The position numbers and the translations under genes are program-made. The notes below the pieces were generated by a model, which was given only the letters and a program-made list of their open reading frames with translations, was not told the origin of the DNA and searched no databases. A stretch of 64,000 nt of DNA from Deltaproteobacteria bacterium. GTDB taxonomy: Bacteria; Desulfobacterota; DSM-4660; Desulfatiglandales; HGW-15. Location of the stretch: contig JAFDEE010000046.1 in assembly GCA_019310525.1 (NCBI GenBank), positions 3,452 through 67,451 on the forward strand. The letters are read 5' to 3'. Shown here one piece after another: positions 27,968-36,445 of this stretch; positions within the stretch are counted from its first letter, which is position 1; every line of letters starts with the position of its first letter.

Positions 27968-29992
27968 ATGGATCAGGAAAAGATACTCTATCCGGGTACC
28001 TTCAACCCCCTGTTCCATGAATCTTCCAGGCCGTTGCCCAAGGAAGTGGCGATCATCGGGGCCGGGACCATCGGACCGGACATTGGATACTACCTGAAGA
28101 GCGCACTTCCTGAGATCACCCTTTACATGGTCGATGTGGCCGAGGAGCCTTTGAAAAGGGCCGAGAAGCGTTTTTCCTCCTATACCCAGAAGGCCCTGGA
28201 CAGGAAAAAGATGAGCGGGGAGATGGTGAAGGCCGTGTTGGAGAACATCGTTTTCACCACGGAATATGACAAGATCAAGGACTGCGATCTCGTAGTGGAG
28301 GCGGCAACCGAGAACATCCCCCTGAAACAAAGGATTTTCGAGCAGGTGGAGGCCATCGTAAGCAGGAAGGCCGTCATTACCTCCAACACCAGTTCCATCC
28401 CGGCCGACCGGATTTTCAACCGGATGAAACACCCGGAGCGGGCCACCGTGACCCATTTTTTCGCCCCTGCGTGGAGGAGCCTTCCCGTGGAAGTGATCCG
28501 GTGGGAGGGAGCCGACCCGGCAACGGTGGATGACCTCTGCTGGTTCTTCGCCCACACGGGAAAAGTCCCGATAGTAACGGCCAACGCCATCTGTTTCATG
28601 CTGGACAGGATCTTCGACAACTGGTGCAACGAGGCGGCCTACCTTCTCGACCAGGCCACCGCCAGCCAGATCGACAAGGTAGCCGAGGAGTTCGTTTATG
28701 CGGGTCCTTTCTTCGTGTTGAACATGGCCAACGGAAATCCCATCATCATTGAGACCAACACCCTCCAGATGGAGGAGGGTCCCCACTACCGGCCCGCTCC
28801 CATTCTGGCCTCGGTTGAGCGCTGGGTCACCCATCGCCCGGGTTCAGAGGTGGAGGTGCCGGACGACCTGAAGGGCCTGATCCGGGATCGTCTGCTGGGG
28901 ATCCTTTTTTCCCAGACTTTCGATATCCTGGACCGGGACATTGGGACCGCAAGCGACCTCAACCTCGGTTGCCAGATCGCCCTCGGGTTCCGAAAGGGCC
29001 CTCTGGATCTCATGCGGGACCTGGGGGAGGAGGAAGTGGCCCGGATCATGGCCGCCTTCGAGAAGGCGCGCCCCGGGTTTCCGCAGCCCAGGGCCTCCTT
29101 TTCCGAATACCAGAAGTTCCTGCGCCACCTCCTGGTGGATGAGAGGGAAGGGGTAAAGATCATTACCATCCGGCGTCCCCAGGCCATGAACGCCATTAAC
29201 GACGAAGTTACGAACGAGATCCTGGAGGTCCTGAAGTCCTATGAGAACGACCCGTCTGTAAAGGGTTTCGTGCTGACGGGATACGGGGAGAAGGCCTTTT
29301 CGGCGGGAGCTGATATCGGCAGATTGCCCGAGATGCTGGGAGACCGAGAGGCCTCGATCGACTATGCCAAGACTTGCGCTGAGGTCCAGCTCTACATGGA
29401 CCGGATGGGGAAACCCGTCGTGGCCGCGGTCAACGGGCTCGCGCTGGGAGGCGGCCTGGAATTGGCCATCAGGTGCCACGCCATTGCTGCCGCGAAAAAC
29501 GCCTCGTTCCAGTTTCCCGAGATCACCCTGGGGATCCTTCCCGCCATCGGGGGTTGCGTGGTCCCTTACCGCAAGTGGCCTAAAGGGGCGGCGCTGTTCC
29601 ACGACATGCTTCTCCTGGGAAGACCCCTTTCGGTCCAGGAGGCCCTGGAGATCGGGATGGTCGGAAGCCTGGCCGAGGATTACCCGGGGCTGATCCGGGC
29701 GGCCGTGGAAGAGGTCGGAAACCTTGAAGGACGCATCCCGAGAATTCCGGATGGAAAGGTCGAGATCCCCCCGGTCCGACCGCCCGATTCCCCGGCGGCC
29801 GGGAACCTGGTCCTGAGCAGGGAGGCCGTGGGCATCACTGCCAAAACCATACAGGAAGGCGCTGCAGCAGAGACCTTCGAGGAGGCCCTTGAGGCTGGTT
29901 ACAGGGGCTTCGGCGAGATCGCCTGCACCGGGGCGGCCAGGGAGGGAATCTCCGCCTTCCTGGAGAAGAGAAAACCCGTCTACAAAAAGTAA
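27968..29992 (+). CDS. fused 3-hydroxyacyl-CoA dehydrogenase (N-terminal) / enoyl-CoA hydratase (C-terminal)
   Basis: 674 aa; Rossmann IGAGTIGPDIG at the N-terminus, crotonase-fold region (FSAGADI, ALGGGLELA) at the C-terminus. Confidence 0.85.
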   Translation: MDQEKILYPGTFNPLFHESSRPLPKEVAIIGAGTIGPDIGYYLKSALPEITLYMVDVAEEPLKRAEKRFSSYTQKALDRKKMSGEMVKAVLENIVFTTEYDKIKDCDLVVEAATENIPLKQRIFEQVEAIVSRKAVITSNTSSIPADRIFNRMKHPERATVTHFFAPAWRSLPVEVIRWEGADPATVDDLCWFFAHTGKVPIVTANAICFMLDRIFDNWCNEAAYLLDQATASQIDKVAEEFVYAGPFFVLNMANGNPIIIETNTLQMEEGPHYRPAPILASVERWVTHRPGSEVEVPDDLKGLIRDRLLGILFSQTFDILDRDIGTASDLNLGCQIALGFRKGPLDLMRDLGEEEVARIMAAFEKARPGFPQPRASFSEYQKFLRHLLVDEREGVKIITIRRPQAMNAINDEVTNEILEVLKSYENDPSVKGFVLTGYGEKAFSAGADIGRLPEMLGDREASIDYAKTCAEVQLYMDRMGKPVVAAVNGLALGGGLELAIRCHAIAAAKNASFQFPEITLGILPAIGGCVVPYRKWPKGAALFHDMLLLGRPLSVQEALEIGMVGSLAEDYPGLIRAAVEEVGNLEGRIPRIPDGKVEIPPVRPPDSPAAGNLVLSREAVGITAKTIQEGAAAETFEEALEAGYRGFGEIACTGAAREGISAFLEKRKPVYKK

Positions 29993-30393
29993 AAGAGTGA
30001 AATTAAGTATATTTTTCTAATCATCAAATTTTGAAACCCTTCGGGATTTCCGATTTTACCCCAAATTATGCATGAACGCTTGCCCGCCGCTGTCTGGCGG
30101 GCTTGCCCCCCTCGGGCGCGGCCTGTCCGAGAAAGGATAGAAGGATTTTCCCGGGAGCGGCCCATTTTTGCTCTGGAGCAGCCTGCCTGCCGCAGGCAGG
30201 GAGAGCGAATGTAGCGAGGGGAACATCCCTTTACCCTCCATCCATCGAGTGCCCTTAGAATACTTTAACATATTGTAATAAAGATCAATTTCATTAGTAA
30301 TGCATAATTTGGGTTCATCTTTCACGTATAATTTGGGATAAAGTGACTTTTTAATGGGCGGTTATCCTGGGAGTCATCTTTTTTCTCTACATT

Positions 30394-30549
30394 GTGTCCA
30401 TCCATAAATGAGAAAATTTATGCAAGGTCAAGGAAGGCGAAAATTTTAACCGCAGGAATACATTGAAGTATTTTGAGGATTAAAATTTGAGCCTGACGCA
30501 GAGATTGCGGAAATTGGCCATTTATGGATGGACATTTATGGATGGACAC
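30394..30549. mobile_element. MITE, GTGTCC-type 16-17 bp terminal inverted repeats
   Basis: Ends gtgtccatccataaatg / catttatggatggacac (right end duplicated); perfect 6-bp target duplication TACATT at 30388-30393 and 30550-30555; carries the shared hairpin core. Confidence 0.85.
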
Positions 30550-30578
30550 TACATTACCCTGTGCATAAGGAGGTCAGC

Positions 30579-31016
30579 ATGAAAGTCAATAAGATCGACC
30601 ATATCTGTATCGCCGTTAAAAACCTGGAGGAGGCCCGGAAGATCTGGGAGCCAATACTCGGGAAACCCGAACCGGATGATACTTATGTGGACGAACCGGA
30701 AAAGATCCGCGTGGCCCGGTACTGGGTGGGGGAGGTGGGTTTCGAGTTGATGGAATCAACCTCACCGGACGGAGACGTGGCCAAGTTCATCGAGAAGAAC
30801 GGCGAGGGTGTCATGGTCATCAGTTTGAACGTTGACAACACCCGGGAAGCCGTCGGTGAACTCCAGGGGAAGGGCTATCCTTTCATCCCCGACAAGCGGG
30901 GGGAAGTGGCCAGGCCTTTCAGGGATTGCGAATTCGCCTTCATTCATCCCAAGAAGGTCAACGGGGTTCTTCTGGAACTCATCGATTACAAGTGGAAGGA
31001 ACTGGAGAAGAAGTAG
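30579..31016 (+). CDS. VOC-family methylmalonyl-CoA epimerase-like protein
   Basis: Start moved to MKVNKIDHICIAVKNL (AAGGAGG RBS); the longer ORF-track start lies inside the MITE. Confidence 0.8.
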   Translation: MKVNKIDHICIAVKNLEEARKIWEPILGKPEPDDTYVDEPEKIRVARYWVGEVGFELMESTSPDGDVAKFIEKNGEGVMVISLNVDNTREAVGELQGKGYPFIPDKRGEVARPFRDCEFAFIHPKKVNGVLLELIDYKWKELEKK

Positions 31017-31271
31017 GAGCCCTTCAGGGTTGCGGAAACCGCATGGGACGGTTCCTGTCGGAAAAGGGAAGCCTTGTTCCCGCACCCCCGGAGACCTTTG
31101 AAAGACGTTCGATGTGTAGCGGCGCCTTTCCATCCTTCAGGCGGATCGCAGGTTTGGGGCCAGACCTCCCTGAGTGGCAACGCACAGGCAGGCCCTGGGA
31201 TTCAGGCAAAGTCAGGCGTTTCCGGAGAGGTCCCTTCTATGGGGCGGGAACAAGGGGGCTATAAACGTTGA

Positions 31272-31523
31272 ATGGAGCGAAGAATATGGGGGGGAATCTA
31301 CAGGGATTACGAGGTCTATCTGGTTTTCGTGGACTCAGCGCGTTGCGACGGATGCGAGGAATGTGTCAAGTTCTGCCCTGTGGATGTTTTTGATATGACC
31401 CACAAGGCCGTTCTCACCCGACCGGATAACTGCCTGGGTTGCCGGATCTGCGAAGCCGTCTGCAATTCCAAGGCGGTGATTATCACGGAAATCACTCTTG
31501 TCCTAAAACGGATTTTGAGCTGA
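31272..31523 (+). CDS. 2x[4Fe-4S] ferredoxin
   Basis: 83 aa; CDGCEECVKFCP and CLGCRICEAVC motifs. Confidence 0.75.
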   Translation: MERRIWGGIYRDYEVYLVFVDSARCDGCEECVKFCPVDVFDMTHKAVLTRPDNCLGCRICEAVCNSKAVIITEITLVLKRILS

Positions 31524-31811
31524 GTGGTGTGGTTTAGAAAAACGGACATTCTGCGAAAAGTCGTGGTGTGGGATGCAACCAATGCCCGGCGGATCGTTTT
31601 GCTGACTAATCATCTCAAGTTCGGGGCCAATACCGTCTCGACCATCTACAAGAATCATTGGCAGATCGAGTTGTCCTTCAAAGCCCTCAAGCAGAACCTC
31701 GAGATCAAGACATTTGTTGGTACCACCCAGAACGCTCTCTACATCCAGATTTGGACAGCATGGCCGATTGGCGATAACCTAATTCCCCGGAACACTATCT
31801 CGGTGTCCTAA
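31524..31811 (+). pseudogene. IS4-family DDE transposase, C-terminal fragment only
   Basis: 95-aa remnant containing YKNHWQIELSFKALK, the IS4 Y-2-R-3-E-6-K signature with R replaced by H; no N-terminal catalytic region present. Confidence 0.7.
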
Positions 31812-32072
31812 CATATTGAAATATCAGGGGCTATTTTTAGAAATTCTTCGTTTTTGGATAGCAGTGAATATCCAGTAAAAGCAAAAATCAATCCTTGTAT
31901 TAAACCTCAACCCGGACATTTCACTTGCTATGAAAACCGGACATTTTGAAATGCTATTGACATGAGGCGGATTGACCCTGGAACGCATGCATGTTATACT
32001 GAATTTACTTGTTCATGGTGGGAGAAGGGGGCGTGTCGGCCCCGAAAAAAAACGGTATAGAGAGGATTTTTA

Positions 32073-32100
32073 TTGACAGTTCGAAAAATATTGCTATTTT
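32073..32100 (+). promoter_or_regulatory. candidate sigma-70 promoter for the cold-shock gene (long 5' UTR)
   Basis: TTGACA, 16-nt spacer, TATTTT; about 145 nt upstream of the start codon, similar to the long cspA leaders known in E. coli. Confidence 0.4.
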
Positions 32101-32245
32101 GGGTGTCATTGCTTCAAAGATTCATTGAGACGGTGGGCCCCCCTTCCGTTTCGCAGGTTGTTCTTGTTCCAAGGATTATTCCTTTGCCAGAAAGGCGACC
32201 TGAAGTCTGAGAGCAAAAAAAAATACAAGAAAGGAGGTCAGCCCC

Positions 32246-32446
32246 ATGGCCAAAGGAATCGTCAAGTGGTTCAACGACAAGAAGGGATTCGGGTTCATTC
32301 AGCAGGATGACGGAGAGGATGTTTTCGTCCATTATTCCGCTATCAACGGAACCGGGTTCAAAACCCTTTCCGAAGGGGATCGCGTAAGTTTCGACATTGA
32401 ACAGGGTAACCGGGGACCCGCAGCCAAGAACGTCATAAGGTTATAA
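32246..32446 (+). CDS. cspA: cold-shock protein (CspA family)
   Basis: 66 aa; [16 protein letters not shown] and [11 protein letters not shown] motifs. Confidence 0.95.
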   Translation: MAKGIVKWFNDKKGFGFIQQDDGEDVFVHYSAINGTGFKTLSEGDRVSFDIEQGNRGPAAKNVIRL

Positions 32447-32468
32447 CCCGACCGAAAGGGACGGGAAG

Positions 32469-32500
32469 AGGCATCTCATCCTCGATGAGATGCCTTTTTC
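32469..32500 (+). terminator. intrinsic terminator after csp
   Basis: Perfect stem gcatctcatc / gatgagatgc with 3-nt loop, followed by a T-rich tract. Confidence 0.85.
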
Positions 32501-32557
32501 TTTAACCAGGACGTGACCCGGTTCAAGGATTCATTTATTTCAAGGAGTAAACGATTG

Positions 32558-34402
32558 ATGACAAACAAAACCATGGATTCTTCAGAAGAAGAAATCCGGA
32601 TGCAAGGTGATGATAACTCTCCCCATGATTATAAAGAGCCTGAAAACCCTTCGGGCGGGCAGATCGGAGATGGAGAAGACGATTTGAGCTTCAAGGAGCT
32701 CTTCGAGCAGAGCATGGAGGGTATCCGGGAAGGCAGGGTCATCCGTGGGCGAGTCGTCGACTTGGATGACAGCCATGTCCTCGTTGATATCGGATACAAA
32801 TCCGAGGGCCAGATTCCCACGAACGAATTCATTGATTCCTCGGGCCGGTTGAATGTGAAGGTGGGTGACGAGGTGGACGTACTCCTGGTTCGAAAGGAGG
32901 ACAAGGACGGGTGTATCGTCCTTTCCAGGAAGAGGGCGGCGGAGGAAAGATTCTGGAAGAGGGTTAAAGAGGCCTACCGGGAGAAAGGAACCATTGCGGG
33001 GAAAATCGTGTCCCGTGTGAAGGGAGGCTTTTCGGTGGATATCGGCCTTCAGGCCTTTTTGCCCATCTCCCAGGTTGACCGGCGTCCGATCGGGGACCCG
33101 GACTCCGTTATCGGTATGGAGAGTGATTTCAGAATCATCAAGTTCGACCGGAGGCGGAGAAACATCGTACTCTCCCGCAGGGCCGTGATCGAGGCGGAGC
33201 GGAAAAAGTTGAGGGAAAAGACCCTGGAGAGCATCGAGGAAGGGGCGGTTCTTGAGGGGGCCGTCACCAACATCATGCGTTATGGGCTTTTCGTGGACCT
33301 GGGAGGTATTGACGGCCTGGTCCATGTCACGGACATGGCCTGGGGACGAGTCGGAGACCCATCAGAGAAATACCGGATCGGGGACCGGATCAAGGTGAAG
33401 ATACTGAAATTCGACAGGGAAAGGGATCGTATATCCCTCGGGATCAAGCAGTTGAGCCCGGACCCCTGGGAAAATGCAGCTGACAGGTATCCTCCGGGCG
33501 CCAAGATAACCGGGCGAATAACCAGCTTTGCCAAATATGGAGCATTCCTGGAAACGGAGGAAGGCCTCTCCGGGCTCATCCACCTCGATGAGCTGTCCTG
33601 GACCCGGAACGTGAAACATCCTTCTCAGGTCCTGAATGTCGGTGACATTGTGGAGGCCTTGGTGCTGGACCTGGATGTGGAAAAGAGGAGGATTTCCCTG
33701 AGTATCAAGCGGCTCGAACCGAATCCGTGGGAAGTCATCGCCACGAAGTTCCCCGTCGGGGCCATCATCCAGGGAAAAATCAAGAACATCACGGACTTCG
33801 GCATGTTTATAGGTATAGATGAAGGTATCGATGGTCTTGTTCATGTCTCGGATCTTTCTTGGTCCAAAACGGTCAGACATCCGTCGGAGCTGTACGAAGA
33901 AGGCCAGGAAGTGCAGGCCGTGATCCTGGAGATCGATGCCGAGCGGGAACGGTTTTCCCTCGGGATCAAACAGTTGACACCGGACCCTTGGGAAGAGATC
34001 GCCCGGAAATACGCCGTCGGGACCCGAATCAGCGGCCGTGTGACCAACGTCACGGATTTCGGGCTCTTCCTGGAGCTTGAGCCGGGGGTCGAGGGGCTGG
34101 TTCACGTCTCCGAGCTGCCCAAGGGCGAGGGGGAAAGCCCCTTGGAAGGTTTCCAGGTGGGAGATATGCTGGATGCCAAGGTGATCCGGGTTTCCAGGGA
34201 GGAAAAGAAAATCGGACTTTCCGCGCGTACTCCGAAAGAGAATGAATTTCCTTACGGACCCCAGACCTCATCGGAGCATTCAAGGGAGGCTACGTCGAAT
34301 CTAGGTGAACTCCTGAGAAAGGAGATGCTGAACCGGCAGCGGGAGACGGAAAATGATGCTCCGGAAGGGGAGTCCGGTGATGGAGCCGGGGAAACCGATT
34401 GA
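32558..34402 (+). CDS. rpsA: 30S ribosomal protein S1
   Basis: Start moved to ATG after AAGGAG; six S1 repeats (recurrent GLVHVS/GLIHL motifs). Confidence 0.95.
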   Translation: MTNKTMDSSEEEIRMQGDDNSPHDYKEPENPSGGQIGDGEDDLSFKELFEQSMEGIREGRVIRGRVVDLDDSHVLVDIGYKSEGQIPTNEFIDSSGRLNVKVGDEVDVLLVRKEDKDGCIVLSRKRAAEERFWKRVKEAYREKGTIAGKIVSRVKGGFSVDIGLQAFLPISQVDRRPIGDPDSVIGMESDFRIIKFDRRRRNIVLSRRAVIEAERKKLREKTLESIEEGAVLEGAVTNIMRYGLFVDLGGIDGLVHVTDMAWGRVGDPSEKYRIGDRIKVKILKFDRERDRISLGIKQLSPDPWENAADRYPPGAKITGRITSFAKYGAFLETEEGLSGLIHLDELSWTRNVKHPSQVLNVGDIVEALVLDLDVEKRRISLSIKRLEPNPWEVIATKFPVGAIIQGKIKNITDFGMFIGIDEGIDGLVHVSDLSWSKTVRHPSELYEEGQEVQAVILEIDAERERFSLGIKQLTPDPWEEIARKYAVGTRISGRVTNVTDFGLFLELEPGVEGLVHVSELPKGEGESPLEGFQVGDMLDAKVIRVSREEKKIGLSARTPKENEFPYGPQTSSEHSREATSNLGELLRKEMLNRQRETENDAPEGESGDGAGETD

Positions 34403-34564
34403 AATCCTGATGGGGACTCTTTGACGGCTGAAGTCGGGAACCCACCACCAAGAGACGGGGTTTTCAGCCCCCTTTGGCGCAGATCCGGAAGGGGTTCCGA
34501 TTGAACCGCCCAACAGGCGTCCTATCCGAACGACGGAAGGGCGAAGGAGACCTGAGCGAGAAAA

Positions 34565-34729
34565 ATGAAAAGTTATAAACCTGCCATTTCCCAGGAATAT
34601 TTCGAAGAACTGTTGAAAGACGCAATCCATGATCTTCAGAAAAGCGGCTTGCCTGATGAGAAGGTTTATGCGCTTGTAAAAGACCTCTTCGGATCGGATT
34701 ATGCACGGAGATTTTGCGGTAATTTATGA
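34565..34729 (+). CDS. hypothetical 54-aa protein (below the ORF-track cutoff)
   Basis: ATG...TGA ORF MKSYKPAISQEYFEELLKDAIHDLQKSGLPDEKVYALVKDLFGSDYARRFCGNL; weak RBS; no family recognised. Confidence 0.25.
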   Translation: MKSYKPAISQEYFEELLKDAIHDLQKSGLPDEKVYALVKDLFGSDYARRFCGNL

Positions 34730-34819
34730 AAGGTGTGATTTCCTCTGCCTCCCCCCCCGGTGCGAGCTGAGTCCCCCGCCGACAATCCCGAGGGGGTGAA
34801 ATCCGGAGGAGAGAAGGGT

Positions 34820-35002
34820 TTGGAGAATAGAGGACCCCACTGCCCAGTGTGCAAGTGTGGGTTGGATCTCAAAAGGACCTGACGCCGGGTGTTTCTCCAC
34901 TGCAGGTCCTGCGGTGAGGATTTCCCCATTGAGCGCTTCGTCCGGGAATTGGACGATCATATCCTCGAGGCCTTGGGAGATATCCGGTGTGACAGGATAT
35001 GA
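34820..35002 (+). CDS. candidate small dual-CXXC selenoprotein (in-frame TGA at 34880-34882 read as Sec)
   Basis: TTG start 8 nt after GGAGGAG; MENRGPHCPVCKCGLDLKRT-U-RRVFLHCRSCGEDFPIERFVRELDDHILEALGDIRCDRI; SECIS-like hairpin 16 nt after the TGA. Confidence 0.45.
34898..34916 (+). promoter_or_regulatory. SECIS-like stem-loop
   Basis: CACUGCA-GGUCC-UGCGGUG: 7-bp stem including one G-U pair and a 5-nt loop, resembling the apical GCAGGUCUGC of the E. coli fdhF SECIS (from memory). Confidence 0.45.
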
Positions 35003-35228
35003 CCAGTCCTCGGCAATTGCTCCCGTAACTTCCCCTGATACGCCGGTAAAATACTGCCCCACGGAATCCGGCGGAATCCATCCGTAAAAGGTTCTTTCCT
35101 TCCCGACCGGGATTCCTTTCCTGCCCCTTGAATATTCGAGGCCCCTCGTGTACTATCTCGAAGTCCGGCCTTTCGGGCGGGAATTCAGGGAGAAATACTG
35201 CACTTGAAGGGCGAAAGGAGAGGTTGAT

Positions 35229-36416
35229 ATGCCTGGATTCGAGGTGTTCGGAGAGGAGGAGCGGAAGGAAGTCCAGGAGGTGCTGGAGACCGGAGTGCTT
35301 TTCCGGTATGGTTTCGACCAGGCGCGGAAGGGTCGCTGGAAGGCCAGGCGCCTTGAGGAGGAAGTGGCGGCCCGAGTGGGGGCGGCCCATTGCCATGTGT
35401 GTTCCAGCGGGACTGGGGCGCTTAGTACAGCCCTGGCCGCCTGCGGCATCGGGGCCGGGGACGAGGTGATCGTTCCCCCCTTTACGTTCATCGCAACGAT
35501 CGAGGCGGTGCTTCTCGCCGGGGCCGTGCCGGTTTTCGCCGAGATTGACAAGACCCTTTGCCTTGATCCCGAATCGGTCGAGTCTGCCATCACACCCCGC
35601 ACACGGGCTGTCCTGCCCGTTCATATGTGTGGTTCAATGGCCCGCATCGACGAACTTGAAAACCTTTGCCGAAGGAAAGGGCTTCATCTCATCGAGGATG
35701 CCTGTCAGGCCTTCGGCGCGACCTATCGGGGGAAGGCCCTCGGAACATTCGGCCGTGTGGGATGTTATTCTTTCGACGCGGTCAAGACCATAACCTGCGG
35801 GGAAGGGGGTGCCCTGGTCACGAATGATCCCGATGTCTACCAGAGGGCGGAGAGGTACGCGGACCACGGGCATGATCACGTCGGGAACGACCGGGGACTG
35901 GAAGGGCATCCGATCCTTGGCACCAATTTCAGGATCAGCGAATTGAACGCCGCGGTGGGGCTCGCCCAACTGAGAAAGCTGGATTGGATCCTTGAAAAGC
36001 AGCGTTTCAATAAATCCAGGATAAAAAAGGCACTGGAGTCTGTCTCTGGTGTCACCTTCCGACAGGTACCGGACGAGGAAGGGGATTCGGCCACCTTTCT
36101 CTCATTCTTTTTGCCTGGAGAAACGGACGCCAGAGAGGCGGCTCAAAGGCTTGCGGAGGAGGGGGTCGATGGGACCTTCTACTGGTATGACAACAATTGG
36201 CACTATTTTCGAAAATGGGACCACCTGAAAAACCTGTCTTCAGCGGGGAAGCTTCCCCTTGCACTTCTCGACACGGTTCCCGACTACCGGACACTGGCCC
36301 TTCCCCAATCCGACGGGATCATGAAGCGAACCATTTCCCTGCTGATCAAGGTTTCCTGGTCGGAGGAAGAACTGGAGAAGCGGTCGGATAAGATCCAGCG
36401 GGTCCTCGGCGGATGA
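35229..36416 (+). CDS. DegT/DnrJ/EryC1/StrS-family PLP aminotransferase (possibly KdnA-like)
   Basis: 395 aa; SGTGAL, FDAVKTITCGEGG (PLP lysine) motifs. Confidence 0.85.
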   Translation: MPGFEVFGEEERKEVQEVLETGVLFRYGFDQARKGRWKARRLEEEVAARVGAAHCHVCSSGTGALSTALAACGIGAGDEVIVPPFTFIATIEAVLLAGAVPVFAEIDKTLCLDPESVESAITPRTRAVLPVHMCGSMARIDELENLCRRKGLHLIEDACQAFGATYRGKALGTFGRVGCYSFDAVKTITCGEGGALVTNDPDVYQRAERYADHGHDHVGNDRGLEGHPILGTNFRISELNAAVGLAQLRKLDWILEKQRFNKSRIKKALESVSGVTFRQVPDEEGDSATFLSFFLPGETDAREAAQRLAEEGVDGTFYWYDNNWHYFRKWDHLKNLSSAGKLPLALLDTVPDYRTLALPQSDGIMKRTISLLIKVSWSEEELEKRSDKIQRVLGG

Positions 36417-36445
36417 GATCCTAGGGACGGAGGAGTTTCGATCAC

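Noticed and set aside
31272-31523. Ferredoxin truncated by the IS fragment
   Set aside because: Both CxxCxxC...CP cluster motifs are intact and the length is normal for a 2x[4Fe-4S] ferredoxin. At most the last few residues are IS-derived.
34869-35624. 251-aa minus-strand ORF spanning the candidate selenoprotein and the start of the aminotransferase
   Set aside because: It is antisense to a well-supported DegT gene and has no motifs or RBS.
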